Source: a bacterium | GTDB lineage: Bacteria; UBA8248 | Direction of reading: 5' to 3' | NCBI GenBank assembly: GCA_965200245.1 | Contig: CBDATS010000002.1 | Location: forward strand, 128,001 to 192,000 | Length of the DNA: 64,000 bases | Shown: in pieces, positions 52,792 to 62,441 of the stretch | Numbering within the stretch: the first letter of the stretch is position 1 | Layout of the letters: every line of letters starts with the position of its first letter | Notes under the pieces: generated by a model | What the model was told of the DNA's origin: nothing | Seen by the model: only the letters and a program-made list of their open reading frames with translations | Databases searched by the model: none | Program-made: the position numbers and the translations under genes

Positions 52792-52813
52792 CCTTGCCGC
52801 CCGGCGGGCAAGG
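52792..52813 (-). other. Stem-loop between livF and the NIPSNAP gene
   Basis: CCTTGCC...GGCAAGG inverted repeat; there is no clear U-tract. Confidence 0.35.
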
Positions 52814-52824
52814 ACGCGAGATAT

Positions 52825-53529
52825 TTATTCGCCCAGGTAGGCCTCGCGAACGGCGGGCGAATCGCGAAGGATATCCGGCCTGTCGCCCATGACGATACGG
52901 CCCGTCTCCATTACGTAGGCCCAGTCCGAGAAATTAAGCGCCAGGTGCGCGTTTTGCTCGACGAGGAATATGCCCGTTCCTTCCTCACGGATTCGCGTGA
53001 GGACTTCAAAAATAGTCTCGATAATACGGGGCGCAAGGCCGAGCGAAGGTTCATCGAGCAGGAGGAGCCTTGGTTTAGACATCAGGGCACGAGCGATGGC
53101 CAGCATCTGCTGCTCACCGCCCGAGAGCGTACCGCCCTTCTGGGCGCGGCGCTCGTGCAGCACGGGAAACAGGGAACAGACGTAATCGAGGTCTTCTTTC
53201 ACGCCTGCGGGGTCGTTTCTCAGGAAAGCACCCATTTCGAGGTTTTCGAGCACGGTCAGGTGCGGAAAGATACGCCTGCCTTCAGGCACCTGGCAGATGC
53301 CGCGCCTGACGATCTCGTCTGGCTCGCGCGCGTGGATGGCCTCTCCTTCAAACAGTATCTCACCGCGGGCGGGGGTGTTGACGCCGCAGATCGCCATGAG
53401 GGTGGAGGATTTGCCTGCCCCGTTGCTGCCAATGATGCAGGCCACCTGTCCCGAGCGCACCTCCAGCGACACGCCCTGCAGCGCGTGGATGTGCCCGTAG
53501 TAGAAGTGAACATTCCTTAGTTCAAGCAT
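52825..53529 (-). CDS. livF: Branched-chain amino acid ABC transporter ATPase LivF
   Basis: GSNGAGKS, VPEGRRIF, LSGGEQQMLAIARAL, DEPSLGLAP and VEQNA; ATG at 53529. Confidence 0.93.
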   Translation of the reverse strand: MLELRNVHFYYGHIHALQGVSLEVRSGQVACIIGSNGAGKSSTLMAICGVNTPARGEILFEGEAIHAREPDEIVRRGICQVPEGRRIFPHLTVLENLEMGAFLRNDPAGVKEDLDYVCSLFPVLHERRAQKGGTLSGGEQQMLAIARALMSKPRLLLLDEPSLGLAPRIIETIFEVLTRIREEGTGIFLVEQNAHLALNFSDWAYVMETGRIVMGDRPDILRDSPAVREAYLGE

Positions 53530-54298
53530 TGGAAGTTCCCAGATAGGCTTCCAGCACCTTGGGGTCGCACCGGACCTCGGCGGGGGTTCCGTCCGCAATC
53601 TTCTCTCCGTGGTCGAGGACAACCACGCGATCCGAGATGCCCATCACCACCTTCATGTCGTGTTCGATCAGCAAGATGGTGGCGCCGCGATCGCGAATCG
53701 CCAGAATCAACTCGTTCAGCACGCCCTTCTCTCTCGGATTCATGCCTGCGGCAGGTTCGTCAAGTAACAGGAGGCTGGGTTCGCTCGCCAGCGCGCGGGC
53801 GATCTCAAGCCTTCTCTTGTCGCCGTAGGAGAGCGCTTCCGCCATGTTCGAGGCATGGGCGTCGATGCCCGTGAACGAGAGCAGTTCCATGGCCTCGGCC
53901 ACTGCCCGGCGTTCTTCGGCCACCATGCCGGGGAGCCTGAAGATTGCGCCAATCGGGCCCGTTCGCATCTTGCAATGGCGTCCCACCAAGACGTTTTCGA
54001 GCACCGTCATTCCCCGGAAGAGGCGAATGTTCTGGAAAGTGCGCGCGATACCCAAGTCCGCCACGGCGCTGGGCTTCAGACCCACGAGATTTTTTCCCTT
54101 GAACACGACTTCACCCCCGGTGGGTGCGTAGAGGCCGGTCATTACGTTGAAGGCCGTCGTCTTGCCCGCGCCGTTCGGGCCGATCAGACCCAACACCTCG
54201 CCCTCGTAAACGTTCAGGTCCAGAGAATTCAGCGCCAACACGCCGCCGAAGCGCCGCGAGAGCCTCTTGAGCAGCAAGAGCCGTGTTCTTGCGTTCAT
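53522..54298 (-). CDS. livG: Branched-chain amino acid ABC transporter ATPase LivG
   Basis: GPNGAGKTT, ARTFQNIRLF, LSYGDKRRLEIARAL, DEPAAGMN and IEHDM motifs. Confidence 0.93.
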   Translation of the reverse strand: MNARTRLLLLKRLSRRFGGVLALNSLDLNVYEGEVLGLIGPNGAGKTTAFNVMTGLYAPTGGEVVFKGKNLVGLKPSAVADLGIARTFQNIRLFRGMTVLENVLVGRHCKMRTGPIGAIFRLPGMVAEERRAVAEAMELLSFTGIDAHASNMAEALSYGDKRRLEIARALASEPSLLLLDEPAAGMNPREKGVLNELILAIRDRGATILLIEHDMKVVMGISDRVVVLDHGEKIADGTPAEVRCDPKVLEAYLGTSNA

Positions 54299-55476
54299 CG
54301 CCCCGCACTCGCCCCTTTTTGCAGTTCATCGTGTTCGAGATGATGGCGTTGTCCCTTGACCTGCAAGAGCCCCTGAGGCCGAAGCACCATCATGAGCACC
54401 ATGGCACCGCCGAGCAGCATGGGCCGAAAAAGCGTGAGTTCGCGCAGCACCTCGGGCAGCACCGTGAGAATGAACGCTCCGAGCATCACGCCGGGAATGC
54501 TTGCCATGCCGCCCAGCACCACCATGCACAAGATGATGACGGATTCAAAAAAAGTGAAACTCTCCGGTGAGATAAAAGTCTGTTTCGCGGAGAAGACAAC
54601 GCCCCCGACCCCCGCCCATGCGGCTCCGAAGGCGAAGGCGGAGAGCTTCGTGTAGACGATATTGACGCCCACACACTCGGCCACTGTCTCATCCTCACGC
54701 ATGGCCGCCCAGGCGCGGCCCAGGCGGCTCTTGTCGAGCCGGTTCACGATGAAGACAGTGATGATGCACAAGATGAGAACGAGATAATAGAAGTGCATGG
54801 GTTTATAGAGCCGCATATCGCCAAGGTAGGGGCGTCCGATGCCCAGGATGCCGTTCGGGCCCTGGGTTACGCTGTCCCAGTTGTTGAGAACCAGGCGGAT
54901 GATCTCGCCGAAGCCGAGCGTCACGATGGCGAGGTAATCACCCCTGAGCCTCAGTACGGGAATGCCCAGAATGATACCGAAAAGTGCGGAACAGGCTACG
55001 CCTACCCCCAGCGCCGGCCAGAAGGAAAGCCCGTACCAACTGTTCAAAAGAGCATAGGAATATGCACCCACGGCATAGAAAGCGACGTAGCCCAAATCCA
55101 GCAAACCCGCGAAGCCGACCACCACGTTCAGCCCCAGGGCGAGCATGATGTAGATACCCGTGATGACGAGCACGTCAGTGGAATATCTATCGAGCATCCA
55201 GGGCAGCGCGATGATGAAGATCAGGAACAGACTCATGTAACGCTTGTCGCAGGATTTCTCCTCGATAAATCTCCAGGCGGACGCGAAACCGGTCTGGATG
55301 CGCCTCGCAGGCCCCGCCAAGGAACCTGATTGCACGCTCGCCCGTGTCGCGCTCACCACAGAGACGACCGCGGCGCAGCCCAATCCAATCCAAAGGCTGT
55401 TTTTCCACCCTGCCAAGGGTAACGCCAAAAAGGCGAACCAAAGCCCGATGAGCGGGACTCTCGCGAATGCGCTCAT
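54295..55476 (-). CDS. livM: Branched-chain amino acid ABC transporter permease LivM
   Basis: GLLDLGYVAFYAVGAY, LRLRGDYLAIVTLGFGEI and GRAWAAMREDE motifs. Confidence 0.93.
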   Translation of the reverse strand: MSAFARVPLIGLWFAFLALPLAGWKNSLWIGLGCAAVVSVVSATRASVQSGSLAGPARRIQTGFASAWRFIEEKSCDKRYMSLFLIFIIALPWMLDRYSTDVLVITGIYIMLALGLNVVVGFAGLLDLGYVAFYAVGAYSYALLNSWYGLSFWPALGVGVACSALFGIILGIPVLRLRGDYLAIVTLGFGEIIRLVLNNWDSVTQGPNGILGIGRPYLGDMRLYKPMHFYYLVLILCIITVFIVNRLDKSRLGRAWAAMREDETVAECVGVNIVYTKLSAFAFGAAWAGVGGVVFSAKQTFISPESFTFFESVIILCMVVLGGMASIPGVMLGAFILTVLPEVLRELTLFRPMLLGGAMVLMMVLRPQGLLQVKGQRHHLEHDELQKGASAGR

Positions 55477-56378
55477 GATCTGTCCGTCCCGCCGGAACCG
55501 CCCAGGATACCCTCGGGCCGGAAGATGAGGACGACGACCAGCACCATGAACGCAAAGACGTCCTTATAGACCGCCGAGACGTAGCCTGCCCAGAAACTCT
55601 CAAGCAGCGCAAGCAGAAAACCGCCAAGAAGCGCCCCCGCCACGCTGCCAATGCCCCCCAGCACGGCGGCGGTGAACGCCTTGATGCCCGCCACGAAGCC
55701 GATGTAGTGGTTCACGATTCCGTAGTACATCCCCACCATCACGCCGGCCACAGCGGCCAGGACGGAACCGATGGCGAAGGTGACCGCTATCACCCGGTTC
55801 ACGTTCACGCCGACGAGCGAGGCCATCGTCCTGTCCTGGGCGGTGGCGCGCATGGCCTTGCCGAGCTTCGTCTTCTTGATAAAGAGTTGGAGCGCCGTCA
55901 TGAGTGCGAGCGCCAGGATGAGGATGAAAATCTGGAGGCCGTTCACGTAGGCGCCAAAAAGCTGGAAACTCCCGAGTTCCAGCAGGTTGGGAAACGCCTT
56001 GTCACGCGCACCCTGGACGACCTGCACATAGTTCTGAAGAAAGAGGCTCATGCCAATCGCGCTGATGAGCGGGGAGAGCCTCGGCGCGTTGCGCAGCGGG
56101 CGGTAGGCCACGCGTTCAAGCGTGATACCGTATGCGGCGCAGCAAATCATCGGGATCAGGAAGGTGAGGACGATGCTCAGCGCGAGGCTTGTCTGCGTAA
56201 GGCCCATCGTCCCCAGGACCGTCAGAACGGCGATGCCTACGTATGCACCTATCATGTATATCTCGCCGTGGGCGAAATTGATGAGCTGCAGGATGCCGTA
56301 GACGAGCGTGTAACCCAAGGCGATCAGAGCGTATACCGCCCCTACGACGAGGCCGTTTACCAACTGTTGCGCAAACAT
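55473..56378 (-). CDS. livH: Branched-chain amino acid ABC transporter permease LivH
   Basis: YALIALGYTLVYGILQLINFAHGE, GKAMRATAQD and KAFTAAVLGGIG motifs. Confidence 0.94.
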   Translation of the reverse strand: MFAQQLVNGLVVGAVYALIALGYTLVYGILQLINFAHGEIYMIGAYVGIAVLTVLGTMGLTQTSLALSIVLTFLIPMICCAAYGITLERVAYRPLRNAPRLSPLISAIGMSLFLQNYVQVVQGARDKAFPNLLELGSFQLFGAYVNGLQIFILILALALMTALQLFIKKTKLGKAMRATAQDRTMASLVGVNVNRVIAVTFAIGSVLAAVAGVMVGMYYGIVNHYIGFVAGIKAFTAAVLGGIGSVAGALLGGFLLALLESFWAGYVSAVYKDVFAFMVLVVVLIFRPEGILGGSGGTDRS

Positions 56379-56660
56379 GGAGAAATCTTTACATGGTTAT
56401 GAGGCAAAAAGAAAATCATTTCTTGCGCACCCGGACACTGCATCGTTTTGATTGGGGCGGCTGTCTTTGGGGGAAATATTGCAGCCTTTGGATGAAGCCG
56501 GAGCATTTCATTACTGCACACAGCCAGTGGAGGTTGGCCTGTTGACCTGCAGCCAAGGGAATGCCCCGAACCGAGTTCAAGGCCATTGGATTTCACGAGA
56601 TACCCGGCTTTTTTCGAATTCTGCGCGCAACGACAACATTGCAACCCTGTACTCATGAGA

Positions 56661-56682
56661 AGGGGAGGCTTTCGCCTCCCCT
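56661..56682 (-). terminator. GNRA-capped hairpin just after livK (partial terminator or mRNA stabiliser)
   Basis: Minus strand AGGGGAGGC-GAAA-GCCTCCCCT is a perfect 9-bp stem with only a short pyrimidine tail. Confidence 0.6.
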
Positions 56683-56709
56683 CCCGTGATACAGATGGCG
56701 ACGCAGGCC

Positions 56710-57834
56710 CTATTTTATCTCTACGAATTTCGCCCCCTTCACCTGCCAGAGCACGTAGGGACTCTCCAGGACGTCTCCTTTCTTGTTGAACTGGAATTTG
56801 CCCAGAGAGGTGTTCCAGGCCTTGCTGCGCAGATGGGCGGCCAGCCTAGACCCCTTGGTGCTGCCCGTGGCCTGGATGGAACCCAGAATCAGGTTGGTGG
56901 CCACGTAGCTGTAGATGGTGTAGGCACCCACTTCCTTGCCGAAGCGCTTGCGGTGTTTCTTGATGATGTTCTGGGCCGTTGCGAGCTTCGTCTGATCCGG
57001 CGTGAACGTCATATAAGTGCCTTCGGCGGATTTTCCAGCGATCTTGTAGTACTCGTCCGTGACGATGCCGTCGCCGCTCATGAATTGCGCCTTCATGCCC
57101 AGGCGTTCGCGCATCTGTTTCACCAGAAGTATGGCTTCGGGGTGAATGCCGCCGAAATAGACGAGTTCGGGCTTCGTCTGCTTGGCGGCCGTGAGCACGG
57201 GCGTGTAGTCCTTGTCGCCCTGCACGACACCGCTGTAGAAGACAGGCTTGGCACCTCTTTTCTCAAGGAATCGCTTCGTCTCATCGGCGAGACCCTGGCC
57301 GTAGGTGGTCTTGTCGTGGAGGATCGCTATACGCTTGAGCTTCAGCTTGTCCACAATGTAGTTTGCCGCCACTTCTCCTTGCTGATCGTCTCGTCCGCAG
57401 ACTCTGAAGACCGTAGAGAAACCCTGCTCGGTTAGCTTGGGGTTCGTGGAAGCCGGCGTGATCTGGACGATGCCCGCTTCCGCATACACTGTGGACGCCG
57501 GAATAGAAACCGAACTGTTGAAATGGCCGACGATGCCTGCGGCACCCGAGTTCACGAACTTGTGCGCAATCGACACCCCTTCTCTGGGGTCGTGTCGGTC
57601 GTCGCCCCAAAGGATGTCCACTTTCATCTTCTTGCCGCCGACTTTCACGCCGCCCTTGGCATTCCACTCTTCAACGGCGAGCGTGGCGCCGTTTTTCAGC
57701 ATTTCGCCGAATACGGCCTGATCACCGGTGAGTGGACCAGCCACACCGATCTTGAGCATCGCAGCATGCGCGGCCGTACTCAGGAATACGGCAGTCGTGA
57801 GAATGGTCAGGATGGAAAGCAGCTTCTTGCACAT
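56710..57834 (-). CDS. Branched-chain amino acid ABC transporter substrate-binding protein (LivJ/LivK family)
   Basis: Signal peptide (AHA), [31 protein letters not shown] and [11 protein letters not shown]; ATG at 57834 after GGAG. Confidence 0.92.
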   Translation of the reverse strand: MCKKLLSILTILTTAVFLSTAAHAAMLKIGVAGPLTGDQAVFGEMLKNGATLAVEEWNAKGGVKVGGKKMKVDILWGDDRHDPREGVSIAHKFVNSGAAGIVGHFNSSVSIPASTVYAEAGIVQITPASTNPKLTEQGFSTVFRVCGRDDQQGEVAANYIVDKLKLKRIAILHDKTTYGQGLADETKRFLEKRGAKPVFYSGVVQGDKDYTPVLTAAKQTKPELVYFGGIHPEAILLVKQMRERLGMKAQFMSGDGIVTDEYYKIAGKSAEGTYMTFTPDQTKLATAQNIIKKHRKRFGKEVGAYTIYSYVATNLILGSIQATGSTKGSRLAAHLRSKAWNTSLGKFQFNKKGDVLESPYVLWQVKGAKFVEIK

Positions 57835-58019
57835 GGATGAATCTCCTTCAGGCATTGGATGAGACAGAATCAAAGATAACATACGCGCCACAAGAGAACT
57901 TTCCGCATCCTCCGGTGACGCCTCTCGCTGCAGTCGTGGTTATACCGGAAATCGCGAATTCCGATCCAGCCAATGACAGGCCGGGAACAATTGTCTTTCA
58001 GGATTTTCTCTTCGTCGTG

Positions 58020-58586
58020 TCAGGCTGTCCGCACGCGCTCGATGTATTCCCCCGTTCGCGTGTCGATCTTGAGCACGTCGCCCTCGTTCAGGAACAGGGG
58101 GACGGTGACTACCGCACCCGTCTCGAGTTCTGCCTGCTTGGTTGCGCCCGTCGCCGTATCGCCCCGTACGCCGGGTTCGGTCTTCTTGATGGCCAGTTCG
58201 ACGAATGTGGGCATTTCGACGGATATCGCGTCACCCCTGTAGAAGAGGATGTCGATGATGGTCTCCTCACGCAGGAGTTTCACGCTGTCTCCAAGCTTTT
58301 CCTCACCCAGACCGATCTGGTCATACGTTTGCGTGTCCATGAAGTAGAAGACATCGCCGTCGCGGTAGAGGTACTGCATCTGTTTCTGTTCAACCCCGGG
58401 GTCGCCGACGGATTCACCCGAACGGAATGTCTTTTCCAGAACGCGGCCCGTCCTCAAGTTCTTGAGTTTCGTGCGCACGAAGGCCCCGCCCTTGCCAGGT
58501 TTTACGTGCTGGAACTCAACGATGATGAACGGATCGTTCTCGAGTTCAATCTTCAGTCCGTTGCGAAAATCACTTGTCGAGGGCAT
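58020..58586 (-). CDS. efp: Elongation factor P
   Basis: [25 protein letters not shown] and VPLF...DTRTGEY; ATG at 58586. Confidence 0.97.
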   Translation of the reverse strand: MPSTSDFRNGLKIELENDPFIIVEFQHVKPGKGGAFVRTKLKNLRTGRVLEKTFRSGESVGDPGVEQKQMQYLYRDGDVFYFMDTQTYDQIGLGEEKLGDSVKLLREETIIDILFYRGDAISVEMPTFVELAIKKTEPGVRGDTATGATKQAELETGAVVTVPLFLNEGDVLKIDTRTGEYIERVRTA

Positions 58587-58618
58587 CTGTCCGAAAAACC
58601 TCCTGATGATAAAAAAAA

Positions 58619-59689
58619 CTACAATACGACGAGTTCTTTCGTGATCGAGCGGGTGAGTATCTCTCTGCCCCGCTCGGTGACAAGAACCATATCCTCGATT
58701 CTCACGCCACCCCAGCGGGGCAGATATATGCCGGGTTCCACCGTGACCACCATGCCGGGCCTGAGTTCCTCCTTGACACCGGGGCCGAGCCTGGGCGCTT
58801 CGTGGATGTCGAGCCCTACGCCGTGGCCCGTTCCGTGACCAAAGGACTCTCCGTAGCCGTGCGCCTTTATAACGTCGCGCGCCGCCTTGTCCACCTCGCC
58901 ACACGAAACGCCCGGCTTCACGGCTTCGAGCGCCGTTACCTGAGCTTCCAGAACGATGCTATATATCTTCTCGCCTCTGGGCGAGGGTTTCCCGAGTGAG
59001 AACACCCGCGTCGTATCTGCATGGTATCCCGACACCCTGGCCCCGAAATCAATGGTGATGAGATCTCCTTTTCTGAGTTTTCTCGACGAGGCTACCCCGT
59101 GCGGCAGCGCCGAGCGCGGCCCCGAGGCGACGATGGTGTCGAAAGAGGTGCCCGAGGCTCCCCTTCTCCGCATGGCGGTCTCGAGATCGAGCGCAATTTC
59201 TGATTCGGCGCGCCCAGGGCAAATCGAGGCAGCGATCTCGTCCAATGCCTGCGCGTTCACCCGCACACCGCTTTTCAGTTTTCGAATCTCGCCCGAATCC
59301 TTGCAAAGCCGCAAAGCTTCCACGAGGCCCGAGACGGGCTTGAGCCGCACGCCCTTGATGAGTTTTCGTAACTGCCGATACGCCCCGTGAACGAGGTGTG
59401 CTTCTTCAAAGGCGAGCGTCTTCGCCCTCGTTTTCTTGAGTTCCATCGCTATTCCCGAAAGCGGGGAAGCGTGCTCGATGCGGCGAAAATCGGATGGGAC
59501 CTCCCTCGACGCCTGTGAACGGTAGCGAAAATCCGTGATAAAGACAGCGTTTCTCGGGGTGATCAGGCACGCACCCGCAGAACCCGTAAACCCGGTGAGA
59601 TAATGGACGTTCTTCCTGTTCGTCACGGCGAGAGCAGGGATACCTTCGCGCCGCATCGCCTTTCGCAAGGCACTCAGACGCTGTTTCAT
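58619..59689 (-). CDS. Xaa-Pro aminopeptidase (M24 family)
   Basis: [45 protein letters not shown] and GVRIED; ATG at 59689. Confidence 0.93.
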   Translation of the reverse strand: MKQRLSALRKAMRREGIPALAVTNRKNVHYLTGFTGSAGACLITPRNAVFITDFRYRSQASREVPSDFRRIEHASPLSGIAMELKKTRAKTLAFEEAHLVHGAYRQLRKLIKGVRLKPVSGLVEALRLCKDSGEIRKLKSGVRVNAQALDEIAASICPGRAESEIALDLETAMRRRGASGTSFDTIVASGPRSALPHGVASSRKLRKGDLITIDFGARVSGYHADTTRVFSLGKPSPRGEKIYSIVLEAQVTALEAVKPGVSCGEVDKAARDVIKAHGYGESFGHGTGHGVGLDIHEAPRLGPGVKEELRPGMVVTVEPGIYLPRWGGVRIEDMVLVTERGREILTRSITKELVVL

Positions 59690-60183
59690 TCTCGTTCTAC
59701 CGGAAACGTCAGCCCTTTGTCGCAAAAATCGATGGCCGCGCGCAGGGCCAGGGCATAGCCCGCCAAGCCGAATCCGATAATGCTTCCCGCCGCTACCGGC
59801 CCGATCATCGAGCGATGCCGGAAACCCTCGCGCTTCATGATGTTTGAGATGTGGACCTCGTAGACGGGCAAATCCAGGCCGCCTATTGCGTCTCTAAGCG
59901 CGACGCTGGTGTGGGTGTATCCCCCCGGATTGAAGATACAAGCCGCGCATTCGCCCAGGGGAGCCGCTACCTTCAAGGGCCGCTTCACACCTGCCGCGCA
60001 TTGCAAGGCGTCTACAAGTTCTCCCTCGACATTGGATTGAAAGCACACAAGTTCCGCCCCCTCGTCCGCAGCCATTCGGCAAAGGGCCGACTCCAGTTCG
60101 GCCAGCGTCGTCTTGCCGTACACATCGGGTTCACGCATACCCAGCAGATTGAGGTTCGGACCGTTCAAAAGCAGTATTCTCAT
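59686..60183 (-). CDS. aroQ: Type II 3-dehydroquinate dehydratase
   Basis: NGPNLNLLGMREPDVYG, QSNVEG, NPGGYTHTSVALRDA and EVHISN; ATG at 60183. Confidence 0.95.
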   Translation of the reverse strand: MRILLLNGPNLNLLGMREPDVYGKTTLAELESALCRMAADEGAELVCFQSNVEGELVDALQCAAGVKRPLKVAAPLGECAACIFNPGGYTHTSVALRDAIGGLDLPVYEVHISNIMKREGFRHRSMIGPVAAGSIIGFGLAGYALALRAAIDFCDKGLTFPVERE

Positions 60184-60237
60184 GGACTCACACCAGGAAG
60201 ATGAAACTTTATACATTCCCATGATATCCGGCGAGCC

Positions 60238-60266
60238 ATAGTAGAAAACGCGGGCGCGGGCGTCAA
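60238..60266 (-). promoter_or_regulatory. Putative sigma70 promoter for aroQ-pepQ-efp
   Basis: Minus strand TTGACG-17 nt-TACTAT is near consensus. Confidence 0.6.
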
Positions 60267-60285
60267 CGAAAAACGCCGCGACGCT

Positions 60286-61371
60286 TCAGACACCGCCGAG
60301 CGCGTCCCGCCACAAGCGGGACGGGACCTCGACGCCCGGCTCCACCTCGCCGATTTTGCGCATCAGGACAAACCGAGGGCTGCCCTGGTAGGTCTTCTTG
60401 TCGCTGGCAAGGAGTCTCTCAAGGGCAGTGAGCCCGGGCGGATCCTCCATGCGTGTGGGCAGTCCGAAGCGCGCGAGCAAGGCGGTGAGCCTGTCCACGT
60501 CCCCGGGCCTGCAGAAGCCCATGGCGCAGGAAATCCGGCTCGCGGCGGACATGCCGATGGCGACAGCTTCTCCATGGAGCAGTTCTGCGGAATAGCCCGC
60601 CAGCGCCTCCACCGCGTGGCCGAGCGTGTGGCCGAAGTTGAGTATCTGCCTCATATCCGATTCGCGCTCGTCCTGCTCAACGACTCTTGCCTTGATCCGG
60701 CAGTTCGTGGCGACGATGCGCCCCATTATATCCACCTCGCGCTCGTTGATCAGCGCCTCGTTTTTCTCCAGAAAGGTGAACATACGGGCGTCTGCAATGG
60801 CCGCGTGCTTCACCACCTCGGCCATCCCGGCCCTGAATTCCCGCTCGGGCAGCGTTTTGAGCGCAGAAGTGTCGCTCACCACCGCAACGGGCTGGTGGAA
60901 CGCGCCCACGAGGTTTTTCCCAAATCTGTGATCGATAGCCGTCTTGCCGCCCACCGCGCTGTCCACTTGGGCGAGAAGTGTGGTGGGAGCCTGGGCGTAG
61001 GAGATGCCCCTCAAGAAGACGGCCGCAGCAAAACCGGCGATATCACCCACGACACCACCGCCCAGGGCCACGGCGCCACAGCCTCGGTCCAGCCGCATGG
61101 AAGCCATTCGGTCCAGGATTCTCGACAGCTGGCGCATCGATTTGCTCGCCTCGCCCGCGGGGATACGAATCACGGAAGCCTGAACGTCGGCCGCAGCGAG
61201 CGAATCGAGCACATTCTCGGCGTATAGCGGTTCCACGTTCGAATCCGTCACTACGAGCGCCCGTGCGCTTCTGAAATGACGCAGGCATACCCTCCCGATA
61301 CCCTCGAGCGCGTCCACGCCGATACGAATCGCGTAGGAGCGTTCCCCCAGATGTACACGGACGTTCCTCAT
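60286..61371 (-). CDS. aroB: 3-dehydroquinate synthase
   Basis: GEASK, GGGVVGDIAGF, PTTLLAQVDSAVGGKT, LNFGHTLGHA and HGEAVAIG motifs. Confidence 0.96.
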   Translation of the reverse strand: MRNVRVHLGERSYAIRIGVDALEGIGRVCLRHFRSARALVVTDSNVEPLYAENVLDSLAAADVQASVIRIPAGEASKSMRQLSRILDRMASMRLDRGCGAVALGGGVVGDIAGFAAAVFLRGISYAQAPTTLLAQVDSAVGGKTAIDHRFGKNLVGAFHQPVAVVSDTSALKTLPEREFRAGMAEVVKHAAIADARMFTFLEKNEALINEREVDIMGRIVATNCRIKARVVEQDERESDMRQILNFGHTLGHAVEALAGYSAELLHGEAVAIGMSAASRISCAMGFCRPGDVDRLTALLARFGLPTRMEDPPGLTALERLLASDKKTYQGSPRFVLMRKIGEVEPGVEVPSRLWRDALGGV

Positions 61372-62417
61372 GTGGATTCCAGGGCACGATACGCCAGCCC
61401 CGCGCCGATGGCGGCGACGGGAGCGAGAGATGCTACAAGGCCCGAATCGAACCCTTCTTCTGGCGTCTCGACGTGGCGGAAGGGATCCAGAATTTCCACT
61501 GGCGCATCAAGCACTTCCTCTAGACACTCCGGCAGGCCCTCAAGCAGTGTGCCCCCGCCTGACAGGAGCACACGCTCCACCTCGGGCGCGGGCACAACGG
61601 GCCACATCACCTTGAACGTTCTGTCAAGCTCAGAAACCAATTTTCGCGCCTCCACGCGGAAAACTTCTTCCACCTCGTCCGTCCTGTCGGCAGACGTCTC
61701 CCCGCGTTTCACGGCCTCCGCTTCCTCGCGGGAAAGTGCCAGACGATTCGAGAGCGATTTTGTCAACTCCTCCCCGCCGAACGGAACCGCTCTCGTGATC
61801 AGCGTATGCTCGTCGCACACCACGCTCACCAGTGTCTCGGACGCGCCGATATCCACCAAGGCTGTGATCTCTCCTTCTGCGCGCATTCCCGAAAGGTCGA
61901 AGGCACTTTCCAGCGCCAGAAAATTCACGTCCACAATCACGGGTTCACAGCGGACCCGCTTCAGAAATGTCAGCAGCGCATCGAGCGGCTCGCGCTTGAC
62001 GGCGATCATGAGGTACTCATCCACCCGCTCGGACCGTTTTTCCATTTGGCCAATCTTGAGATGGGACAGGCGCACCTCCTCCAGGGGAAAGGGCAGCACC
62101 TGCATCGCTTCGGCTTCTAGGGCGTCAACGACGGGGAAGTCCTCTTCCGCCGGGAGCAGCACCGTACGCACCATGGCCGACCGGCCCGAAAGCGCGACGA
62201 CAACCCGTCTTCCTTCCTCACCGGCGGGGAGCAATTCCGAAAGTGCGCGCTCGACCTCGTCCGGGTCGTGAACGAAGCCGCCTCCCACGGCACCCGGTGC
62301 CAGAGGAACCGCATCCAGGTGGGTGAGGACGAGGCGCTCGTCCTTCATTTCGAGTTTCACCGCCTTGACGGCGGAACTCCCGATATCGATGGCCAGGGGC
62401 ATGGAGTCGTCGGACAC
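61368..62417 (-). CDS. pilM: Type IV pilus assembly protein PilM (actin-like)
   Basis: AIDIGSSAVKAV, VDIGASET, FGGEELT, LLSGGG, DPF and C-terminal AIGAGLAYR. Confidence 0.85.
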   Translation of the reverse strand: MSDDSMPLAIDIGSSAVKAVKLEMKDERLVLTHLDAVPLAPGAVGGGFVHDPDEVERALSELLPAGEEGRRVVVALSGRSAMVRTVLLPAEEDFPVVDALEAEAMQVLPFPLEEVRLSHLKIGQMEKRSERVDEYLMIAVKREPLDALLTFLKRVRCEPVIVDVNFLALESAFDLSGMRAEGEITALVDIGASETLVSVVCDEHTLITRAVPFGGEELTKSLSNRLALSREEAEAVKRGETSADRTDEVEEVFRVEARKLVSELDRTFKVMWPVVPAPEVERVLLSGGGTLLEGLPECLEEVLDAPVEILDPFRHVETPEEGFDSGLVASLAPVAAIGAGLAYRALEST

Positions 62418-62441
62418 GAAATCTCTACCGGGCTAAAAATC

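Noticed and set aside
56524-56589. tRNA-like cloverleaf (7-bp CCAGTGG/CCATTGG stem, GTTCAA)
   Set aside because: There is no 5-bp T stem, proper D arm or anticodon arm.
57835-58019. Possible riboswitch or leader upstream of livK
   Set aside because: Only a small hairpin (CGGAATTCGCGATTTCCG) is visible; I could not recognise a T-box, riboswitch consensus or leader peptide.
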